Source: an uncultured Planctomycetales bacterium
Lineage (GTDB): Bacteria > Omnitrophota > Gorgyraeia > Zapsychrales > Fredricksoniimonadaceae
Assembly (NCBI GenBank): GCA_964438075.1
Contig: CAYTIW010000002.1
Span: 47,994-111,993, forward strand
Length of the DNA stretch: 64,000 bases
Direction: 5' to 3'
Shown in pieces: positions 56,830-64,000 of this stretch. Each line of letters starts with the position of its first letter. Within the stretch, counting starts at the first letter, position 1. The notes under the pieces are model-generated. The model had not been told where the DNA came from and ran no database searches. It was given only the letters and a program-made list of their open reading frames with translations. Made by a program: the position numbers and the translations under genes.

Positions 56830-57788
56830 CGTGCCAAACCCGCCTTTAAAAGGTCCTGGACGTCAAGAAGGCCTACCAATCTGCCGCGGGAGTCAATTAC
56901 CGGGAGTTCATCGACCTTCTTTTGCATCAGGATGTCGAACGCTTCGGTCGCCAGCCGATCCTGCTCAATCGTGAGCGGGTTCTTGGTCATAAAGCTTCCC
57001 ACGGGCTTCGAAAGCAGCTGGGGGTCGGTCTCAATGTAACGGCGCAGGTCGCCGTCAGTAAATATGCCGACGAATTTCTTTCTGCCGTCGATTATGCAAG
57101 CTGAACCGCAACGCGCCGCAGTGATCGCCAGCAGCACATCTTTGACCGTCGCCGTATCCAGAACCTTGGCAAAATGGCGCCCCTTGCGCATGATATCTTC
57201 AACCTTCAGGATCAGACGGCGTCCCAGATTACCACCAGGATGATAAAAAGCAAAGTCTTCCCGCCGAAAGTTTTTGCGGTCGACCAGACAAGCGGCCAAG
57301 GCATCCCCCATGGCCAGTGTCGCCGTGGTAGAGGCCATCGGGGCCAGCCCCAATGGGCAACCTTCCTTGTGCACGCCCACATTCAATACCAGATCGCAGT
57401 ATTTGGCCAAGGAAGACTTCATGCCGCCGGTCATAGCAATGGTTTTGCAGCCGATCTTTTTTAGCGATGGCAGCAGCCTTACGGTCTCCTCGGTTTCTCC
57501 GCTGGAAGAAATGAGGATGACCACGTCCTGCCGGGTGACCTGGCCCAAGTCGCCGTGTACCGCTTCGGCGCTATGCATATAAATGCTGGGCGTGCCGGTC
57601 GAGGAAAGGGTGGCTGATATCTTGCGGGCGATGATCCCGGTCTTTCCCATACCGGCCACGACCACCCGGCCCTGACATCCGGCCAGCACGTCGACCGCTT
57701 TGGCAAACTGGGCATCCAGCCTTTTGACCAGGGACTTCACCGCTGCGGCTTCGATCTCCAGAACTTCCTTGGCTCGTTTAAGTGGCAT
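56826..57788 (-). CDS. kdsD: Arabinose-5-phosphate isomerase (SIS plus tandem CBS)
   Basis: SIS domain GRVVVAGMGKTG. C-terminal CBS pair. Confidence 0.85.
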   Translation of the reverse strand: MPLKRAKEVLEIEAAAVKSLVKRLDAQFAKAVDVLAGCQGRVVVAGMGKTGIIARKISATLSSTGTPSIYMHSAEAVHGDLGQVTRQDVVILISSSGETEETVRLLPSLKKIGCKTIAMTGGMKSSLAKYCDLVLNVGVHKEGCPLGLAPMASTTATLAMGDALAACLVDRKNFRREDFAFYHPGGNLGRRLILKVEDIMRKGRHFAKVLDTATVKDVLLAITAARCGSACIIDGRKKFVGIFTDGDLRRYIETDPQLLSKPVGSFMTKNPLTIEQDRLATEAFDILMQKKVDELPVIDSRGRLVGLLDVQDLLKAGLAR

Positions 57789-57804
57789 ATATCTACACTA
57801 TCCT

Positions 57805-58644
57805 TCAACTGTTGGCGTTCCTGTTCTTGACCAGCCGGTCTATCAGGACCAGCTGTTTCAATAATGGTTCCAGCTTGCGTATAGCGATCATGTTGGGTCC
57901 GTCTGAAAGCGCCTTTTTAGGATTAGTATGCGTTTCCATGAAGATCGCATCCACGCCGGCCGCCACACCGCAGCGTGCCAAAAGCGGTATGAATTCGCTC
58001 TGTCCCCCGGAGGCATTGCCAAGACCTCCGGGCTGCTGAACGCTGTGGGTCACGTCGTAAACAACGGGATAGCCGGTCTCGCGCATGATCTGGAAAGCCT
58101 TGAAATCCGTCACCAGGTTATTGTATCCGAATGTAACGCCGCGCTCGGTCAACAACAGCTTCCGGTTGCCGACGCTTTCGACCTTTTTGACGATGGACCG
58201 CACGTCCCAGGGGGCAAGGAATTGTCCCTTTTTTACGTTTATTACCTTTTCTGTCTCAGCGACAGCCAGGATCAGGTCCGTCTGACGGCAAAGGAAGGCC
58301 GGTATCTGAATGACATCTAGTACTTTCGCTGCCGCATTTACTTGGCTTACCTCGTGAACATCACTAAGGACCGGCACACCGAAACGCTCTTTTACTTCCT
58401 GTAGCACCTCAAGGCCAGCTTCCAAGCCGGGGCCTCGGAAAGTATCAGAGGAAGTGCGGTTCGCCTTGTCAAAACTGGCCTTGAAGATGAACGGGATATT
58501 AAGCCGACGGGTAAGCCGGACCAGTTCGCCGGCCATCCTGACCGTGGAGGCGCGCGACTCGATGACGCACGGTCCTGCGATGAGGACGAAAGGCAATTCC
58601 CCGCCTAATGCTATTTTGCCCAACCGGATAATTCTTGTCTTCAT
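57805..58644 (-). CDS. kdsA: 2-dehydro-3-deoxyphosphooctonate aldolase (KDO-8-P synthase)
   Basis: N-terminus LFVLIAGPCVIES. KdsA length. Confidence 0.9.
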   Translation of the reverse strand: MKTRIIRLGKIALGGELPFVLIAGPCVIESRASTVRMAGELVRLTRRLNIPFIFKASFDKANRTSSDTFRGPGLEAGLEVLQEVKERFGVPVLSDVHEVSQVNAAAKVLDVIQIPAFLCRQTDLILAVAETEKVINVKKGQFLAPWDVRSIVKKVESVGNRKLLLTERGVTFGYNNLVTDFKAFQIMRETGYPVVYDVTHSVQQPGGLGNASGGQSEFIPLLARCGVAAGVDAIFMETHTNPKKALSDGPNMIAIRKLEPLLKQLVLIDRLVKNRNANS

Positions 58645-59384
58645 AGGTTCGGGTTCGCTTTTAGAAAGTTAACTGCACGGGCCACGTCTTCCGCCGTATC
58701 CACTCCTATGGTCTGGGCATCGGTCTCCACGCATTTGATGCGGTAACCGGCCTCCAGTACCCTGAGCTGCTCCAGGCATTCCTCCTGCTCCAGGAAAGAC
58801 TTGGGCAGCTGGCAATAACGGAACAGGAATTCCCGGCGGTAAGCGTAGATCCCCAGATGCTTGAAATATTTGCTCAGGTCTGGCGGCCGGCCCTCGCGCC
58901 GGAAAGGGATCGTGGCGCGTGAGAAATAGATCGCGTTCCAGTTCTGGTCCAAAACCACCTTGACCACGTTCGTATTGCTGTATTCCACCTCGGAAACTAT
59001 CCGTTTCACCGGAGTGGCGACCACCGCTACCTGGTCTTTTTCCAACGCTTCCACCAGCCGGTCGATCAACTGAGGCTGGATAAAAGGTTCGTCCGACTGA
59101 ATATTTACGATGATCTCAGCCTCGATACCTCTCGCCGCTTCCGCCACCCGGTCCGAGCCCGAAGGATGGTTTTTCGAGGTCAGGACCGTATGGGCGCCGA
59201 AAGCCTGTGCCCGATCGGCCACATGCTGCTCATCGCAGGCGATTATCACATCGCAGAGTTTGGCGGCCCGCTTCGCCCGTTCCCAGACATGCTGCACCAT
59301 CGGCTTGCCGCCGATATCCACAAGTATCTTGCCCGGCAAACGCGTGGAGGCCCACCGTGCGGGAATGATGCCCACCGCCCTCAT
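58641..59384 (-). CDS. kdsB: 3-deoxy-manno-octulosonate cytidylyltransferase
   Basis: N-terminus IIPARWASTRLPGK. KdsB length. Confidence 0.9.
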   Translation of the reverse strand: MRAVGIIPARWASTRLPGKILVDIGGKPMVQHVWERAKRAAKLCDVIIACDEQHVADRAQAFGAHTVLTSKNHPSGSDRVAEAARGIEAEIIVNIQSDEPFIQPQLIDRLVEALEKDQVAVVATPVKRIVSEVEYSNTNVVKVVLDQNWNAIYFSRATIPFRREGRPPDLSKYFKHLGIYAYRREFLFRYCQLPKSFLEQEECLEQLRVLEAGYRIKCVETDAQTIGVDTAEDVARAVNFLKANPNL

Positions 59385-60406
59385 GGGACATCCCTCAAGG
59401 ACATGGTCAGCTCACCTGTCGTAACGGAGGCTGCGCCCATTTTTCCTACCACGATGCCCGCGGCATGGTTGGCGATGTCGGCGGCTTGTTTCTTTTGCGC
59501 ACCGGCAGCTAAAGACAAGGCAAAGACCGAAATGACCGTATCGCCCGCACCGGAGACGTCAAACACCTCCCGGGCCCGGGTCGGTATAAGCAAAGGCTCC
59601 CGCCCTGCTTCCAGCAGACACATCCCGTCCTCTCCCAATGTGATCAAGAGCGATTCGATGTCCAGATATTTGAGCAGCCCCATACCGTTCTTTTTTACAA
59701 GGTCAGGGTTATCCAGCCTGGTAGTGGTGATGCCGAAAGACCTGCGAGTATCCGGTTCCAGCCCTTTCAGCGCATTCTCTGTTTCCTTACGGTTAGGGGT
59801 GATGGATGTGACCCGTCCATAGAATTTCAAGTGTTCCACCTTGGGATCCACTACGATCGGTACTCGGCGGCGCTGTGCCAGGCGGGTCAGATCAGACACC
59901 AGCGGTTCCTGCACGATGCCTTTACCGTAGTCTGAAATGATCACCGCGTCAAAACGGGGAAAATGTTTATGGATGTACGGAGCGATAGTGGCGTCATAAA
60001 ACACCCCGTCAGAATCATCGACAATGCGCTCGCGGTCCAGGCGTACCATCTGCTGATGCTGGGCAATGATCCGGGTCTTGAGTATCGTGTGGACCCGGCG
60101 GTCAACAAAGATGCCCGAAGTGCGTATCTTGCGTTGCGACAGGACGCGTTTTAACAGATCGCCTTCACTATCCTCTCCTATTCGGCCCACAACCGTCACT
60201 TTTGCCCCCAGGCTGCTTAAGTTATTGGCGACGTTGGCGGCCCCGCCAGGCATATAAAAGGTTTCTTCCTGCAGCACCACCGGAACTGGGGCTTCCGGGG
60301 ATATACGGCTGACGCTGCCCTTTACATATTGATCCAGGATCAGATCTCCGACGACCAGTAAGTGCTGTTTTTTGAAAGAATTAATAATTGAATTGTATTT
60401 ATTCAT
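59381..60406 (-). CDS. hldE: D-glycero-beta-D-manno-heptose-7-phosphate kinase (RfaE domain I only, pfkB family)
   Basis: N-terminus LVVGDLILDQYVKGSVSRISPEAPVPVV. The pfkB motif DTxGAGD appears as DVSGAGDT. No adenylyltransferase domain II. Confidence 0.8.
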   Translation of the reverse strand: MNKYNSIINSFKKQHLLVVGDLILDQYVKGSVSRISPEAPVPVVLQEETFYMPGGAANVANNLSSLGAKVTVVGRIGEDSEGDLLKRVLSQRKIRTSGIFVDRRVHTILKTRIIAQHQQMVRLDRERIVDDSDGVFYDATIAPYIHKHFPRFDAVIISDYGKGIVQEPLVSDLTRLAQRRRVPIVVDPKVEHLKFYGRVTSITPNRKETENALKGLEPDTRRSFGITTTRLDNPDLVKKNGMGLLKYLDIESLLITLGEDGMCLLEAGREPLLIPTRAREVFDVSGAGDTVISVFALSLAAGAQKKQAADIANHAAGIVVGKMGAASVTTGELTMSLRDVP

Positions 60407-60490
60407 ATATTTCTATCTAAATTGATAAAAAAAGAGTTTTAATACTAACATAGTTGGTCAGTAATGTCAACGTGATGAAAACACCTAACT

Positions 60491-61531
60491 TCAATCTGCT
60501 CTAGGAGTTGAGTGGAGAAGCCTGACGGCTTCGACAAAAACCTCTTCAATGCTTATAGAATCGAATTTTCCTCCTACCACCTGCCCTTTCTTGTCCAGGA
60601 CGATCTCTTCTCCCGGCTTGTTCAAGAGGACCACGGATTTGCTTCCCAGCGGCTTCCACCGGATATGGTTTATGCCAGGCTGCCCTCTGAGGAAAAGAGA
60701 AATGACCGGGATACCTACCGCGGCGGCTATATGGACCGGACCGGAATCATTGGAGACCAGGAGATGACATCGACGGAGCAGGCTCACAAGCTGGGCCAGG
60801 GACAATGACCCTGTGAGGTCGAAATAATCGTGATGCATTTGTTCACCGATAACTGCCACCTGCGGTCTGGCTGTCAGGGAGCCTATGATCAGAGGGATCA
60901 CGTTCAAAGAACTGGCCAGCCGATCGGCCAGCTCGCCAAAACTTTTGACCGGCCAACATTTGGTCGGACAACTGGCGTCAGGATGCATGGCCACCAATTT
61001 TCTGCCTGCCAGATTGCGTCGCGCAAAGAACTGGTCAGTCCAGGCTTCGGCCTCTTTATTGACCGCAAGTTCCAGGGACAGGTCGGATGAAACCACTCCG
61101 ATCTTTTGCAGGAGGTCCAAGCAGTATTCGGCCTCATGTTTCTCCCCCAGATGCCTGGTGTCTATGACCGAACGGTTAAGAAGGAATCCGAACTTGTTGT
61201 TCCTGTATCCGACCCGTAGCGGGATGCCGGCCAGGAAACAGGCCGAGTTGGTGCGGCGCTTGGGGTGATAATTGATCACCAGGTCGTAATCCTTGTCCAT
61301 TAATTTACCGACGAAATCAAAATAGCCTCCCCAGCCTCGGGAAGTGTTCTCAACCAGGACTTCATTGATATAGGGCAGTCCTTCGGCCAGTTCTCTGGTT
61401 GTTTCGGAAACCCAGAACGATATCCAGGATTTGGGGAAAGCTTTCTTTAAAGCCCGCACGGCCGGTATGGTCAGGACCACATCGCCGATGCGGTCGGTCC
61501 GAATGACCAGGATGTTTTTGATCTCTTTCAT
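60491..61531 (-). CDS. ADP-heptose:LPS heptosyltransferase (GT9)
   Basis: N-terminus ILVIRTDRIGDVVLTIPAV. C-terminal SNDSGPVHIAAAVGIPVISLF. Confidence 0.8.
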   Translation of the reverse strand: MKEIKNILVIRTDRIGDVVLTIPAVRALKKAFPKSWISFWVSETTRELAEGLPYINEVLVENTSRGWGGYFDFVGKLMDKDYDLVINYHPKRRTNSACFLAGIPLRVGYRNNKFGFLLNRSVIDTRHLGEKHEAEYCLDLLQKIGVVSSDLSLELAVNKEAEAWTDQFFARRNLAGRKLVAMHPDASCPTKCWPVKSFGELADRLASSLNVIPLIIGSLTARPQVAVIGEQMHHDYFDLTGSLSLAQLVSLLRRCHLLVSNDSGPVHIAAAVGIPVISLFLRGQPGINHIRWKPLGSKSVVLLNKPGEEIVLDKKGQVVGGKFDSISIEEVFVEAVRLLHSTPRAD

Positions 61532-61540
61532 AAAATAATC

Positions 61541-62758
61541 CTATGTTCTGCTAGGGTCTGTTATGCGGCCCATGAATAATATGCAGCCGCTTTCATTATC
61601 ACGTATTAAAAAGATGAACGGTCGGTCAGCCCGAAAAATTTTGGGTGACGGTACCTTCATCGGCATGCTTTTGAGTGTCATAGCCACCGCAGTTGCGGCG
61701 GCAGCCTCGGCCCCCTCTTCATTCACTTCCACAAAGGCCTTGTGGACCACATAACTGGTGAAAAGGTCTTTGCGGCCGTTCATGCCGCTGAAATCAGCCC
61801 GGGCTTGGTCAAAGGCATCGCTCATTCCCAGAGAGCTGAGTTGATCGTTCAGGAGGAAAAAGGATCCGGCTTTGAATCGAGGTATTTCCACGTGGACATT
61901 TTGTGACTCCAGGCCCTTGATATACATTGCCAATCTTTCGGTTGTCAGCTCTTTCTCAAAAGGCCGCAGATCCGGCATCTTCGGTAATATGAAAACCATC
62001 GAAAACTTATTTTGGCTATAATCCATCGCCAGCACCTTGGCAAGATCATCTTCAAAGTAAAGGAACTCAGCCGCCTGGTTCATAAAAGGGACATTAACCT
62101 GCTCTCCTGTGGCAGTGGTGAAATCTTCCCGGACAGTATCCTTGTCGTCGAATTTTAGCGCCCATTTACCCTTGAAATACAACGCGTTCACCAGAACCAG
62201 CCGGGTCATGCCCGATATCATGCCAGGCGCTATGAGGTCGCTTATCCTGGCTCTGGTCCGCTCCTCGACCCATAGGTTTATGCTCACCCGCTGGGCTTCT
62301 GGATTGGAAGCGAAATCCGCCTCCTTTGGCAATGAACCGTATGCGTTCTCCATTACCTCCAGGAAGTCCGGCTGCAATCCGTAACCCGTCTGGACCCAAA
62401 GCGAATTGGCTGATAAATATTCATACCCTCCGGTCCGGGCGTTATTTTCCAGTTCCCTTGACAGTTCACCGAAGGTCCGGTGGAACCGGTCACGGCCAAG
62501 ATCGACATGCAAAACCTGTGTCATCTGAAGCTCGGTGTTATTCCGCGCACCAAGATAGGCCATGGCCAGGGCTTTCGATATGCTGTAGGGAGAAAAGACG
62601 ACCCCGCCTGGCTCCTTGCTGAGTTGCCCGTAAATATCGATGGCGAAGGCGGTGTTACTTCCGACCAATGAAGATATATTGTCGGCTGCCTTGGACTGAG
62701 ACGTTGCCACAAAAGCGATAAAGATAAAAAAGAGCAGCAATAGGGGCCTCAGCATCAT
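61541..62758 (-). CDS. Secreted inhibitory serpin
   Basis: Signal peptide. Serpin signature FSPYSISKALAMAYLGARNNT. Hinge EEGAEAAAATAV. C-terminal FRADRPFIFLIRD. Predicted P1-P1' is Lys-Ser (TLK|S). Confidence 0.8.
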   Translation of the reverse strand: MMLRPLLLLFFIFIAFVATSQSKAADNISSLVGSNTAFAIDIYGQLSKEPGGVVFSPYSISKALAMAYLGARNNTELQMTQVLHVDLGRDRFHRTFGELSRELENNARTGGYEYLSANSLWVQTGYGLQPDFLEVMENAYGSLPKEADFASNPEAQRVSINLWVEERTRARISDLIAPGMISGMTRLVLVNALYFKGKWALKFDDKDTVREDFTTATGEQVNVPFMNQAAEFLYFEDDLAKVLAMDYSQNKFSMVFILPKMPDLRPFEKELTTERLAMYIKGLESQNVHVEIPRFKAGSFFLLNDQLSSLGMSDAFDQARADFSGMNGRKDLFTSYVVHKAFVEVNEEGAEAAAATAVAMTLKSMPMKVPSPKIFRADRPFIFLIRDNESGCILFMGRITDPSRT

Positions 62759-63696
62759 TTCAGGCTCCCTGTTAACATACGATCCAGGGCCCTGATCACT
62801 TCATCGGGCGATATGGAATCCATCGTTCCGCTATTGCGGATGACTTCTTTTGCATCACTCCACGGACCGTAAAGGAAAGGGTCCGTAGGGCCGAACAGGG
62901 CTAACGTCGGGATATTAAAATAACTCGCCAGGTGCATGATCCCGCTGTCGTTAGTGACCGCCAGCTTGGCCCGGCTGACGATACACGCCAATCGGGTCAG
63001 CGTTGTCCGCGAGCATAAATTTATGAACCCGCCGGGGATATCCCGTAGTATCCTTTCAGCTATCGGCAGATCGTTGTTGTCCCCCACCACGACCACCGGG
63101 TTTTCTTTCGTCCCTGTTAGATGCCGGATCACGCCGGCAAATCCTTCTTCGTTCCACCTTTTGGCCGGGTGCGCCGCCCCGGGCGCTACAAGCACGAACC
63201 CTTCCATCCCGTTAATGGCCTGTCCGGCCTCGCGCCTATCCTGATCCGAAAGACAGACCGAGTATTTATCCCGGGGAGTGGCGGGATCTTGCAGGACCGA
63301 CCTGAGCCTGAGGAGATGCTTGTCCTTCATGTGGCAACGCACGGACCGGCCCTCCGGTCTTGTACTGAAACGGGACCTTAACAGGAACGGCAGCATGGAA
63401 TTACGCAGGTCCACTATCAGGTCAAAAGCCTGGCGCCGCAGTCCGGACAGCCAACGGCTTTTTTCCCACCACGTCATGGACTTCTCGTAAATGACCGTTC
63501 TGAACACATGCGGGTTGGTAATGAAAAAGTCTTTCCCCTTCGGCCCGACGATGACCGTGATCTCGGCTTTCGGAAAACTTTCTCGTAAGGAATCAAAGAC
63601 CGGGAAGGTCAAGACGATATCCCCGATGTTCGACAGCGAGACCAACAGTATCCGCTCTGTTTTAGAATTGTTCGAGAGCTTGAACAACATCTTCAA
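62755..63696 (-). CDS. ADP-heptose:LPS heptosyltransferase (GT9)
   Basis: N-terminus ILLVSLSNIGDIVLTFPV. C-terminal TNDSGIMHLASYFNIPTLALFGPT. Confidence 0.75.
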   Translation of the reverse strand: MKMLFKLSNNSKTERILLVSLSNIGDIVLTFPVFDSLRESFPKAEITVIVGPKGKDFFITNPHVFRTVIYEKSMTWWEKSRWLSGLRRQAFDLIVDLRNSMLPFLLRSRFSTRPEGRSVRCHMKDKHLLRLRSVLQDPATPRDKYSVCLSDQDRREAGQAINGMEGFVLVAPGAAHPAKRWNEEGFAGVIRHLTGTKENPVVVVGDNNDLPIAERILRDIPGGFINLCSRTTLTRLACIVSRAKLAVTNDSGIMHLASYFNIPTLALFGPTDPFLYGPWSDAKEVIRNSGTMDSISPDEVIRALDRMLTGSLK

Positions 63697-64000
63697 CCTC
63701 TATGGCTTGCATGCATTTATTAGAAGGGCATTCCGTATAATAACAGGGCGCCTGGTTACATCCGACGTCTTTCTGCAAAACCACGGCTCTTCCCTGGCCG
63801 CGCGGGCCGGTTATCTCGGGCCGCGTGGGGCCGAACAGGGCGATCACATCCGTACCGAGCGCATTGGCCAGGTGCAGCGGGCCAGTGTCGGCGGTCACCA
63901 GCACATCGACCCGGCTCAGAAGTCCGGCCAGGCAGGATAGACCAGTTTCACCAGCGGTGATCACCGGTCCGGCCCCGGAAAGATCAGCTATCTTTTTAAC
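63662..64000 (-). CDS. GT9 heptosyltransferase, C-terminal part (gene continues beyond the window end)
   Basis: TADTGPLHLANALGTDVIALFGPT motif. The frame stays open upstream to position 64000. The listed start at 63964 is a GTG. Confidence 0.6.
   Translation of the reverse strand, partial: VKKIADLSGAGPVITAGETGLSCLAGLLSRVDVLVTADTGPLHLANALGTDVIALFGPTRPEITGPRGQGRAVVLQKDVGCNQAPCYYTECPSNKCMQAIEVEDVVQALEQF

Noticed and set aside
1-64000. Scan for CRISPR arrays, tRNA/rRNA genes, integrases/transposases and terminal inverted repeats
   Set aside because: No short direct-repeat arrays. Intergenic gaps are under 400 nt and lack cloverleaf-compatible sequence. No recombinase-like translations on either strand. 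Nothing supportable found.

Overview
This 64-kb window looks like a diderm (LPS-producing) bacterium with roughly 50 % GC, possibly an uncultured lineage. Taxon is not determinable from sequence alone. Coding density is very high and nearly every gene sits on the minus strand.

Two regions stand out.

(A) 33.5–64 kb is a conserved housekeeping block of about 30 tightly packed genes, many with 4-nt ATGA start/stop overlaps: ruvB, scpA, trpS, infB, nusA, rimP, proS, an orphan cpaF-like ATPase, rseP, dxr, cdsA, uppS, an OmpA-family lipoprotein, purA, serA plus a class-V aminotransferase, clpP, tig, lptB, an LptA/OstA-like protein, kdsC, kdsD, kdsA, kdsB, an hldE kinase-domain gene, three GT9 heptosyltransferases, and a secreted inhibitory serpin embedded in the operon.

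(B) 0–33 kb is an accessory-like region. It holds:
- a radical-SAM enzyme (AmmeMemoRadiSam-type, AmrS-like) next to a PilZ protein, a flavodoxin-like protein and an RseC-like membrane protein;
- an APC permease and a stand-alone MnmC methyltransferase domain;
- a small islet of unknown small proteins bounded by clean rho-independent terminators;
- a ~2150-aa secreted SpvB–FG-GAP–RHS protein that resembles a fused Tc-toxin B/C or polymorphic toxin, carrying a glycine-zipper plus unassigned C-terminal payload, followed by a PepSY-like lipoprotein that is a candidate immunity protein;
- SpoVG;
- a secreted beta-propeller-like protein;
- an XRE–cupin regulator and a receiver-like protein;
- a 1389-aa chimeric secreted or membrane protein with two tandem HExxH zincin-like modules, each preceded by a signal-peptide-like hydrophobic segment, and a C-terminal GNAT-like domain;
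- a 1833-aa clan-CD C25 (gingipain-like) peptidase carrying a beta-helix, an Ig-like domain and six CARDB repeats, translationally coupled to an upstream 296-aa secreted partner;
- SpoIID/LytB and a DUF2905 protein.

No rRNA, tRNA, CRISPR array, integrase or transposase was found. All functional calls come from motif-level reading of the translations, with no database search, and should be confirmed by HMM or BLAST.
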